NCBI GenBank assembly: GCA_963771075.1
Contig: CAVYSE010000003.1
Location: 256,001 to 320,000 of the forward strand
DNA: 64,000 nt
Direction of reading: 5' to 3'
Source: a candidate division FCPU426 bacterium
GTDB lineage: Bacteria > Oederibacteriota > Muellerivitia > Muellerivitales > Muellerivitaceae
In this document: positions 34,401 to 41,543 of the stretch, piece by piece
How the letters are laid out: each line of letters begins with the position of its first letter
Numbering within the stretch: the stretch's first letter is position 1
Translations under genes and position numbers: made by a program
Notes under the pieces: model-generated
Databases searched by the model: none
What the model saw: only the letters and a program-made list of their open reading frames with translations
What the model was told of the DNA's origin: nothing

Positions 34401-34922
34401 GTGGTCCTTGCCGAAGATTTCAACGTATTGGGCGGCCGCCTTGACCGCCAGAGGCATTTCCCCCTTGAAAAGCAGGCGGTCCAACTCGCCCCTCTCCCCG
34501 CCGGACAAGGCGATTAGTCCCTTGGCATGGCGGGAAAGCAAGCTTTTGTCCACCCTTGGAGGATCACCCGGAGATTGAAGATATCCTGCGGATGACAAAC
34601 CCATGAGGTTTTTATAACCTTCCAGGTCTTCCGCTAAAAGAACCAAACTATGTGCCTTATCCCCACGGCGGGGACCCTCGACGGGGTCAAACCGGCTTCC
34701 CGTGGCAACCAAAACTTCCAAGCCCAAAATGGGCTTGAGTCCGTTCGCCTTGCAAGCCTGGTAAAAGGGGATCGCGCCGAAAAGGTTTCCCTTGTCCGTC
34801 AAGGCAACCCCCGGCATTTTCAATTCCTTTAGGCGGGTGATGAGGGGCTCGAACTTGATGGTGCTTTCAAGGATGCTGAACTGGCTGTGAAGATGAAGGT
34901 GGATGAAGGTGGAGCGGTTCAT
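31431..34922 (-). CDS. dnaE: DNA polymerase III alpha subunit
   Basis: GPGRGSAAGS, PDIDVD, STHAAG, KLDILGL, YGFNKSH, clamp motif QTSLF; start MNRSTFIHLH. Confidence 0.96.
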   Translation of the reverse strand: MNRSTFIHLHLHSQFSILESTIKFEPLITRLKELKMPGVALTDKGNLFGAIPFYQACKANGLKPILGLEVLVATGSRFDPVEGPRRGDKAHSLVLLAEDLEGYKNLMGLSSAGYLQSPGDPPRVDKSLLSRHAKGLIALSGGERGELDRLLFKGEMPLAVKAAAQYVEIFGKDHFFLELTDHGKPDDRLVLQSLLELSKKTDISTVAANGVGYLLRRDAPRHEVLLCLGKGQVFSDPQHSTWGSDQYYLKSQEEMGSLFGEIPEALRHTIDIAMRCNVELEFEKTRMPSFPLLPEGTNANAFLEKICQDAIPNRYVDKSQEVLVQERLKNELSVINETGFAGYFLIVWDIIARAREKGIPVGPGRGSAAGSLVSFLTGITDVDPLRYDLLFERFINPERVSAPDIDVDVSDTRRGEVLDYVTQTYGKDRVASIVTFGTMAAKAVVRDVGRVLEIPLAEVDRIAKLIPYELKVTLSDVEGRVPELKAIASEEGPHRQWWDISKALEGLVRHVSTHAAGIIISDEPLLSTIPLCKGVHDEILTQYDMNALKDVGLLKLDILGLRTLSVIDDAIRLVRERKGLILKPEQFPLDDNPTFRLFRDARTLGVFQMESRGMRDYLRKLSPGNIEDIIAMNALYRPGPLGSDMVDDFIRRKKGQVKVEYLHPLLEPVLKTTYGVIVYQEQVMRIAKDLGGFSLGQADLLRRAMGSKNPEKMERMRSQFISGAKDRDIPGDTAEAIFNHMAKFAGYGFNKSHSAAYALVAFQTAYLKTHFGAEFMAALLTSETGNQDKISQYVYESRRMGYVVLPPDVNQSGREFVVTQEGAIRFSLTAVKNVGSPAMDAILKARAVDGPFKSLADFCNRVDLKCFTPKMMESLILAGAFSFPGATRAGLTAQLEQAFRRGQGSQSDLLTGQTSLFGGLAEGGAPEPQSGTPEWSAAQVLNGEKDVLGLYLSGHPLSEHEKELEHYVINLNDLEEYPDGADVRIGGLIRSFSKTLSRKSKEEFGRFVLEDLHTHVEVIAWPETYRKFHGLLEKDRLVALRGRLDKTGNRLQVVANDVIDINEMGVKWAKRVSLELNVVGLDDTLLPNVQSVCQRHPGKAAVRFKLQTGHHGLVVVEAGPEFSVKPTKGFLREIALLLGDDRVEIELDSSLKLSTSSNADEGN

Positions 34923-35005
34923 GGCCCGTATTATAAGAAAAGGGGCCCCTGCCGAAAGCCCAGAAGGCCTTAAATAAAGGTTCAGGCAAGTCAACCCCAC
35001 AACAG

Positions 35006-35117
35006 CCAACACAAAGATACTAAGACACAAGGAAAGTCGTATTTAAAACGAATTTTCCAAGGTTTTATCGAACCTATTCTTCATGTCGTTCTTTGTGTCT
35101 TCGTGGTTTTGTGTTGG
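35006..35117. repeat. Intergenic inverted-repeat element with ~9-nt periodic arms
   Basis: CCAACACAAAGATACTAAGACACAAGGA ... TTCTTTGTGTCTTCGTGGTTTTGTGTTGG; left arm recurs at 46959. Confidence 0.7.
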
Positions 35118-35126
35118 AAGTAAATA

Positions 35127-35369
35127 CTAATCGTGCCGATGCCAGCCCTTATAGTTGAATTTCCATGAATTAATGGACCGCCAAGGAAAGAGAAGGCTCC
35201 TTAAGATAGCGATCAGTACGAAAAGCCCCATGCAGTGCCAGAAAGGAAGATGCTGGTAGACCGCCGGAATCCCATAGGCGTAGGTTGGGGCTAAGGCGTT
35301 CCAGATGAAATAAAAGGGGATGGACCAAAAAGCCGCCGCGAATACCCCGAAAAAATGGCCGTTTTTCAT
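35127..35369 (-). CDS. Small two-TM hypothetical protein
   Basis: AAGGAG SD before ATG 35369; two hydrophobic segments. Confidence 0.65.
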   Translation of the reverse strand: MKNGHFFGVFAAAFWSIPFYFIWNALAPTYAYGIPAVYQHLPFWHCMGLFVLIAILRSLLFPWRSINSWKFNYKGWHRHD

Positions 35370-35499
35370 GACAAAACTCCTTTGCGGTTTTGGACCTTCA
35401 ATAGATAGATCCATAAAGGGGAGTATTTGTTTATGAAAAACGAATTTATATCTTGGATGTCATTGCGAGCCGCGAACTATGCGGCAATGGCACCTAGGG

Positions 35500-37050
35500 T
35501 TATTCCCACTCAATAGTGCCAGGTGGTTTGCTGGTAATGTCATATACCACCCTATTCACGCCCCGCACCTCATTGATAATGCGGTTGGAGAGGCGGCCCA
35601 GCAGATCATAAGGCAATTTCACCCAGTCGGCAGTCATGCCGTCGGTAGAATGGACCGCGCGGATGACGCAGGTGTTCTCGTAGGTGCGCTCATCGCCCAT
35701 CACTCCCACGCTCTTGACCGGTGTGAGAACCGCGAAGGACTGCCAGATGGATTTCTGCAATCCAGCGGCGGTGATCTCTTCCGTCACGATGGCATCGGCC
35801 TTGCGGAGTATATCCAGCCGTTCTTTGGACACGGGACCGATCAGGCGGACCGCCAGGCCGGGACCGGGAAAGGGCTGGCGCCACAAAAGCGCGTCAGGTA
35901 TCCCTAATCGCTTCCCCAGGACCCTGACCTCATCCTTGAACAATTCCCTCAGTGGCTCCACCAGCTTGAATTTCATTCGCTTCGGCAAACCGCCAACATT
36001 GTGATGGCTTTTGATGGTGGCCGAGGGCCCCTTAACGGAGACGCTCTCGATGACGTCGGGATAGAGGGTGCCCTGGCCCAGGAAATCGAACTTGCCCCGC
36101 TTCTTCTGCAGTTCCAGCGCCTTCTTCTCGAAGATATGGATGAAGGTTCGGCCAATGATTTTTCGTTTTTTCTCAGGGGCCGCCACGCCCTTGAGTTTGC
36201 GGAGGAATTCCTCTTCGGCGTCGGCGAAGTAGAGGGGAATGCCCATCTTTCCCCGGAACATGGCCAGTACCTGCTCGGCCTCGCCCAGGCGCAGGACACC
36301 ATTATTCACGAAAACGCAGGAAAGCTGTTTGCCCAGGGCGCGGTGCAAGAGGGCGGCGGTCACGGTAGAATCCACCCCTCCGGAAACCCCGCAGATCACC
36401 CGGCCCTTCCCCACCTTGGCCCTAATCTCGGCCACGGCGGTCTTTTCGTAGGCGTCCATGTTCCACGTGGCTTTGCAGCCGCAGACTTTCTTGACGAAAT
36501 TCTCCAGGACTCGGGTTCCTTTTTCGGTGTGTACCACCTCCGGATGGAATTGAATGCCGTAGATTTTTTTCGTCAGGTTCGCGGCGGCCGCCAAATGGCA
36601 GTTGGAGGTGGAAGCCAGGACCTGGTATCCCTGGGGCAGTTTCACCACATGATCCCCATGGCTCATCCAGACGTTCAGGCTTTTGGGTAATTGGGCAAAC
36701 AGGCTCTTGGAGTCGCGGATCTTGAGCTTGGCCAGGCCGAACTCCCGTTTGTGGGCCTTTTCCACCTTTCCCCCGAGCGCGAAGGCGATCATTTGAATGC
36801 CGTAGCAGATGCCCAGGATGGGGATTCCGGCCTCGAAAAGGTCCTTGGAGACGTGGGGCGCCCCCTTGGCATAGACGCTCGACGGACCGCCGGAAAGGAT
36901 GATGCCCTTGGGGTGTTTGGAAAGGATCTGGTCCAGGGAGACGTTAAAAGGCAGGATCTCGCAATAAACCCCGCATTCCCGAACCCTACGCGCGATCAGC
37001 TGGCTGTACTGGGCCCCAAAATCAAGGACGATGACCGTGTCGTGCTTCAA
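35500..37050 (-). CDS. guaA: GMP synthase (glutamine-hydrolysing)
   Basis: LDFGAQY, PILGICYG, QFHPEV, SGGVDS, KSHHNVGGL, KPPGTIEWE. Confidence 0.97.
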   Translation of the reverse strand: MKHDTVIVLDFGAQYSQLIARRVRECGVYCEILPFNVSLDQILSKHPKGIILSGGPSSVYAKGAPHVSKDLFEAGIPILGICYGIQMIAFALGGKVEKAHKREFGLAKLKIRDSKSLFAQLPKSLNVWMSHGDHVVKLPQGYQVLASTSNCHLAAAANLTKKIYGIQFHPEVVHTEKGTRVLENFVKKVCGCKATWNMDAYEKTAVAEIRAKVGKGRVICGVSGGVDSTVTAALLHRALGKQLSCVFVNNGVLRLGEAEQVLAMFRGKMGIPLYFADAEEEFLRKLKGVAAPEKKRKIIGRTFIHIFEKKALELQKKRGKFDFLGQGTLYPDVIESVSVKGPSATIKSHHNVGGLPKRMKFKLVEPLRELFKDEVRVLGKRLGIPDALLWRQPFPGPGLAVRLIGPVSKERLDILRKADAIVTEEITAAGLQKSIWQSFAVLTPVKSVGVMGDERTYENTCVIRAVHSTDGMTADWVKLPYDLLGRLSNRIINEVRGVNRVVYDITSKPPGTIEWE

Positions 37051-37071
37051 GATATCCCCCTGAAAGAAGTT

Positions 37072-37194
37072 AACAGTCGGCGGTCGACAGTCGACAGCAA
37101 AACAGTTGAAGTTGAGATTTTGTCTAAGCTGCGGACTGTCGATTGTTAACTGTCGTTGCTGCTATCTGTCGACCGTGGACTGTCGGCTGTCGAC
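37072..37194. repeat. Heptamer-periodic (CTGTCGA-type) palindromic intergenic element
   Basis: ACAGTCG GCGGTCG ACAGTCG ACAGCAA ... CTGTCGA CCGTGGA CTGTCGG CTGTCGA. Confidence 0.75.
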
Positions 37195-38672
37195 TAGTCT
37201 ATGTAGTAGTTGGGAGCTTCCTTGGTAATCACCACATCGTGGGGATGGCTTTCCTGATAGCCCGCATGGGTGATCTGAACGAACCGGCCGTTCGCCTGCA
37301 GGTCGAGGATCGACGGTGTCCCGCTATAACCCATGCCGGCCCTCAAGCCCCCCACCAGCTGGAACACCAGGTCGGTCAATTGGCCCCGGTAAGGCACCCG
37401 GGCCTCGATGCCTTCGGGCACCAGCTTCTTGGCGTCCGCGCTGTTGTCCTGGAAGTAACGGTCGGCGCTGCGTCCCTTTTGCATGGCGGCCAAGCGAGCC
37501 CATGCCGTTGTAGACCTTAAACATGCGCCCCTGAAGGTTGATGACCTCGCCCGGCGATTCCTCGCAACCCGGCAAAAAGCCCTCCCAGCATGACCGCGTC
37601 CGCACCGGCCGCGATGGCCTTGGTGATATCGCCCGGAGTACTTGATCCCGCCGTCCGCGATGATGCCGATCTTGTTTTTCTTCGCGACCTTCGCGCACTC
37701 CGCGATGGCCCAGACCTGGGGCACCCCGACGCCGGTCACCACGCGGGTGGTGCAGATGGAACCGGGCCCCACGCCCACCTTTACGCAGTCCGCCCCCGCG
37801 TCCACCAGCGCCTTAACCGCTTCCGCCGTCACGACGTTGCCCGCGATCAGGACCAGCTTGGGAAATTTCTTGCGGATCGTTTTCACCGTATTCAGCACGC
37901 CCTGGGAATGGCCGTGGGCGGTGTCCACCACCACCACATCCACTCCCGCCGCAGCCAAGGCCTCGGCCCTCTCCTCGGTTTCTTTGGAGACGGAAACCGC
38001 CGCGCCCACCCGGAGGCGGCCTCCCGGGTCCTTGCAGGCGTTGGGGAACTTGATGCGTTTGTTGATGTCCTTGATGGTGATGAGCCCCTGCAGATTGCCC
38101 TTCTTGTCCACCACCAGCAGTTTCTCGATGCGGTGCTTGTGCAGGGTTTCCTCGGCCTTGTCCAGGTTGGTGCCGACCGGCACGGTGACCAGGTTTTCCT
38201 TGGTCATGACCTGACTTAAGGGGCAAGTCCATTTTTTTCACGAACCGCAGGTCCCGGTTGGTGACGATGCCCGACCAATTGGCGGTCATCCTTTACGATG
38301 GGGATCCCCGAGATGTGGTAGTGCTTCATGATTTCCAGAGCGTCCGCGACGGTCTTGTCGGGGGCGAGGGTGATCGGGATCCTTGATCATCCCGGCCTCG
38401 GACCGCTTGACCTTGTCCACTTCCCCCGCCTGCTGGGCGATGGTGCAGTTCTTGTGGATGATCCCCAGTCCGCCTTCCTGGGCCAGGGCGATCGCGAGGC
38501 GGGCTTCGGTAACCGTGTCCATGGCGGCGCTCAGGATGGGAATGTTGAGTTTCAGCGAAGGGGTGAGGTGGGTGGAGACGTCGGTTTCTTTGGGCAGCAC
38601 TTCGGATTTTTGGGGCACCAGCATCACATCATCGTAGGTTAAGGCCGTCGCCAGCTTGTCCGGCTCGATCAT
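37194..38672 (-). CDS. guaB: IMP dehydrogenase (several indels)
   Basis: [19 protein letters not shown] pair, [30 protein letters not shown]; split across frames. Confidence 0.92.
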
Positions 38673-38705
38673 GGAAACACCCCGGGAAAGGTGGAAGTGG
38701 CGGTT

Positions 38706-38734
38706 AATATAAGCCCACTCGGCGGGGGTGTCAA
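38706..38734 (-). promoter_or_regulatory. sigma70 promoter of guaB-guaA
   Basis: Minus strand TTGACA-17 nt-TATATT, ~34 nt before ATG. Confidence 0.75.
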
Positions 38735-38839
38735 TGAAACCCCCTACAGTCGGTGGGGTTTTGCGATTAGATTCCAAGACAAAACAATAACAACACTAAG
38801 CCGCAAAGAAACCTATCTCTTTGGAAGGGGGCGAATCCT

Positions 38840-38958
38840 ACAGAGTAAACCCGGACAATGGGTTTAAGATTCCTTGAATTTAGAAAGGTTTTTCTCTGTG
38901 CCTCTGTGGCCGCCAAGGGCGGCCTGTGGTGAAATTAGGTTTTGTTATAGTCTCTTAG
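38840..38958. repeat. ~118-bp direct repeat, copy 1
   Basis: ACAGAGTAAACCCGGACAA...CTGTGGTGAAATTAGGTTTTGTTATAGTC matches 40776-40893 with few mismatches. Confidence 0.9.
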
Positions 38959-38987
38959 AGTCTTCGTGTGGAAGGCTGGTTTATTTT

Positions 38988-40655
38988 TCAATGCCAGAAT
39001 TCGAAATTCGCCTTATAAGCAGGGACTTTTTTGGACTCCAAATAGGTTCGGATCTGATCCGATAGCGCGGCCATGTACCTGGCTTCACTCATGGATTGGG
39101 CCTGCCAGTCGTTATCCGCCACCATTTGCTGGACCCTTTGGACATGCTTCACATAGAGCTGGTCGACCGGAATGTCGGGAAAAAACTCGCTCACCTGCCA
39201 ATTGTTCTGCTGGTTGGTTCCCGGCCAGCCGTTCGTTGAAAACCAGATGCCATTGGTGAAGACCGTCACGAAGGAAACCTTGGGCGCGATCGAACCCGGA
39301 AACTTGATGATCTCGCTGTAGGTGCTTACATCCGGCTTCATGCCCACCTCCATGAAATTGGAACTGGGCAGGTCGGGCAAGGTGAATTGAACCGTTTCCG
39401 TAAAACCCATGGTCTGGAGTTGGTTTTGGAATTCCGAATAAGCCGTGATATCCATTTCCCCGATCTGGTTGGCGGTCACCTCCACGATATGCAGGGAAGG
39501 AATGCTGTCCACCACCTTGACCGCTGAAGCGGGCATGAGTGCCCCCAAGGCGACTATCGCCCCCCCCATCAGCAAAAGAACTAACACCGCCAAGATCCAT
39601 ATTGATATATGAAGTTTCTTAGCTGCCGGTTCCAATACCCCCACCCATTTCTCAAAATAAAAACGGACCCATTGTTTACCGATGATCCATAAGCTGGGCC
39701 GGGAACGCCGTTTCCCCCCCGCAGGGTCGGTTTGGGGCAGGGGTTCATTGGCAAGGGCTTCCCCAAACCCAGTCGGGACGGAAAGGGATGGGGCCGGTGG
39801 TTCCCCATGGGCGGGGATCATCGTTTTGGAGGTGGGTTCTCCCGTGGGACCCAAGGTCAATTTCGGGGGCCCGGCGGGAGCCGGAGTCACGCTGGGCCGG
39901 GTGGGCAAGTTGATCTTGGGCGGTTCCGTCTTAGGTGGTTCCATTTTGGGAGGGTCCATCTTTTGAACCGGAGGCGCGGGGGAAGCTTCCATCTTGAATG
40001 GCGGAGTGGGGTAGGCGGACGCCGGAAAGGGGGATGCGGTATGCCCAAGGGAAGATCCCACGGACTCCTGTGAGGAAGCAAGCGCCGCGTCGTCCATGAC
40101 CTGATCGGTGGAAGCTTGGCCCTGGGTGGCGGGTGCGGATGGACTGGGTTTGGCAGGAGCGCCGAACAAACCGAAGGGATCGTCTTCCAAGCCCTTGCCT
40201 TTAAAATTCAAAGGGGAGATGCCGAGCCCGGCGGGTTTGGGGGTGGAGGCGGCCGGGGTGGGCGTTGAGGCAGCCGGTTTGGGCATCGATGGGGCGGGAG
40301 CGGGCCCCGCCGTATCAGGCTTGGAGGGCATGGCCGCTGGCGCGGTCCGGGGTGGAACGGGGTTCATTTCTTCCCGCTTCGGTTGGGCGGAACCGGTATG
40401 GGAACCGGCCCAGGCCTCAAAGGGGTCCTTCGAAGCCGCCTTGTTGACTGGAGGAGGCGGGGTCGGAATGGGTGCGGTTTGGGGTTTCGAGTCGGAGACA
40501 AGGCTTTCCCCGCCTTTTTTCTTCAGGCAATCCGGACAGATCGGCTGGCCCAGAAAATCCATATCAAGACAGGCGGGGCAGAAATGGCGTCCGCACTTGT
40601 TGCAAGTGCCTACGGCCTTCCGGTCACTATGATTGGCGCAAAAGTTATCGGGCAT
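38988..40655 (-). CDS. B-box-like zinc finger, Pro-rich linker, single TM, extracytoplasmic domain
   Basis: CANH...CNKC...CPAC...CPDC; ~290-aa P/A-rich region; TM WILAVLVLLLMGGAIVALG. Confidence 0.75.
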   Translation of the reverse strand: MPDNFCANHSDRKAVGTCNKCGRHFCPACLDMDFLGQPICPDCLKKKGGESLVSDSKPQTAPIPTPPPPVNKAASKDPFEAWAGSHTGSAQPKREEMNPVPPRTAPAAMPSKPDTAGPAPAPSMPKPAASTPTPAASTPKPAGLGISPLNFKGKGLEDDPFGLFGAPAKPSPSAPATQGQASTDQVMDDAALASSQESVGSSLGHTASPFPASAYPTPPFKMEASPAPPVQKMDPPKMEPPKTEPPKINLPTRPSVTPAPAGPPKLTLGPTGEPTSKTMIPAHGEPPAPSLSVPTGFGEALANEPLPQTDPAGGKRRSRPSLWIIGKQWVRFYFEKWVGVLEPAAKKLHISIWILAVLVLLLMGGAIVALGALMPASAVKVVDSIPSLHIVEVTANQIGEMDITAYSEFQNQLQTMGFTETVQFTLPDLPSSNFMEVGMKPDVSTYSEIIKFPGSIAPKVSFVTVFTNGIWFSTNGWPGTNQQNNWQVSEFFPDIPVDQLYVKHVQRVQQMVADNDWQAQSMSEARYMAALSDQIRTYLESKKVPAYKANFEFWH

Positions 40656-40736
40656 CCCTCAGCCTTTCAATCGCGAACAACCGGTTCACGGTAACAAACA
40701 CATCCAACGCCACAAAACCAAGAAAGACATTTAGAT

Positions 40737-40893
40737 TCTAACAAAACCCAATATTTACCACAGAGACACGGAGACACAGAGTAACCCCGGACAATTGGTT
40801 TAAGATTCCTTGAATTAAGAAAGGTTTTTTCTGTGCCTCTGTGGCTGCCAAAGGCCGCCTGTGGTGAAATTAGGTTTTGTTATAGTCTTTTAG
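40737..40893. repeat. Direct repeat copy 2, part of a full palindromic element
   Basis: Left arm CTAACAAAACCCAATATTTACCACAGAGACACGGAGACACAGAG is the inverted complement of the right arm. Confidence 0.88.
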
Positions 40894-41039
40894 GGTAAAA
40901 GTGACAAACCCTTAAGAATCAAAAGGCCTTCAAAATCCTTTTATTTCCTTCGCGTTTTCGCGGTAAATTCCAATCAGTCGCGTTTCATTTATTATCGGCC
41001 TGTAATCCAATTCATCAACGCTAATTTCAGTTGTAAAGG

Positions 41040-41426
41040 TCAACTTTTTAAGGCAATCAGGTCCATTTCCAGGCGGGCCCCCTTCGGCAGTGCCGACACC
41101 TGCACCACCGCCCGCGCGGGCGGATTTTCCGTAAATCGAGCGGCCATTACCCGGTTCAGGGCCTCAAAGTCCCCGAGATCGATGACATAGACCGTGATTT
41201 TCAAGGCCTTTTCCAGGGTGGTGCCCGCCGCCTTCAACACCGCCTCCAGATTGTCCAAAACCCTCTTCGCTTGAACCTCAACCGTTCCCTCAACCAGGTT
41301 TCCCGTGATGGGATCAAGGGGAATCTGGCCCGAACAAAAGATGAAACCCTCCGCCGCGACGGCCTGGGAATAGGGACCAACGGGGGCCGGGGCTTCTTTC
41401 GAGAGGATGCTTTTTTTCTCCGACAT
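41040..41426 (-). CDS. ridA: RidA/YjgF family enamine deaminase
   Basis: APAPVGPYSQAV, SGQIPLDP, PPARAVVQV..LPKG..LEMD. Confidence 0.92.
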   Translation of the reverse strand: MSEKKSILSKEAPAPVGPYSQAVAAEGFIFCSGQIPLDPITGNLVEGTVEVQAKRVLDNLEAVLKAAGTTLEKALKITVYVIDLGDFEALNRVMAARFTENPPARAVVQVSALPKGARLEMDLIALKS

Positions 41427-41543
41427 TTTATGGGCCTTCTTTCCGGTGAAATATCACCGGGATGTTAATTTGTTCCGAAACCCGCTATGAACAGGAACCG
41501 TTTGAAAAAAATCTCTACTGGGACGGTCGAGGGTATCCCCATA

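Noticed and set aside
35459..35493. GTCATTGCGAG...GCAATGGC hairpin resembling REP-like elements
   Set aside because: Single short copy in the window; equally explained as the guaA 3' hairpin.
37072..37194. CRISPR array interpretation of the repeats
   Set aside because: Units are 7 nt, degenerate and lack unique spacers; no cas genes in the window.
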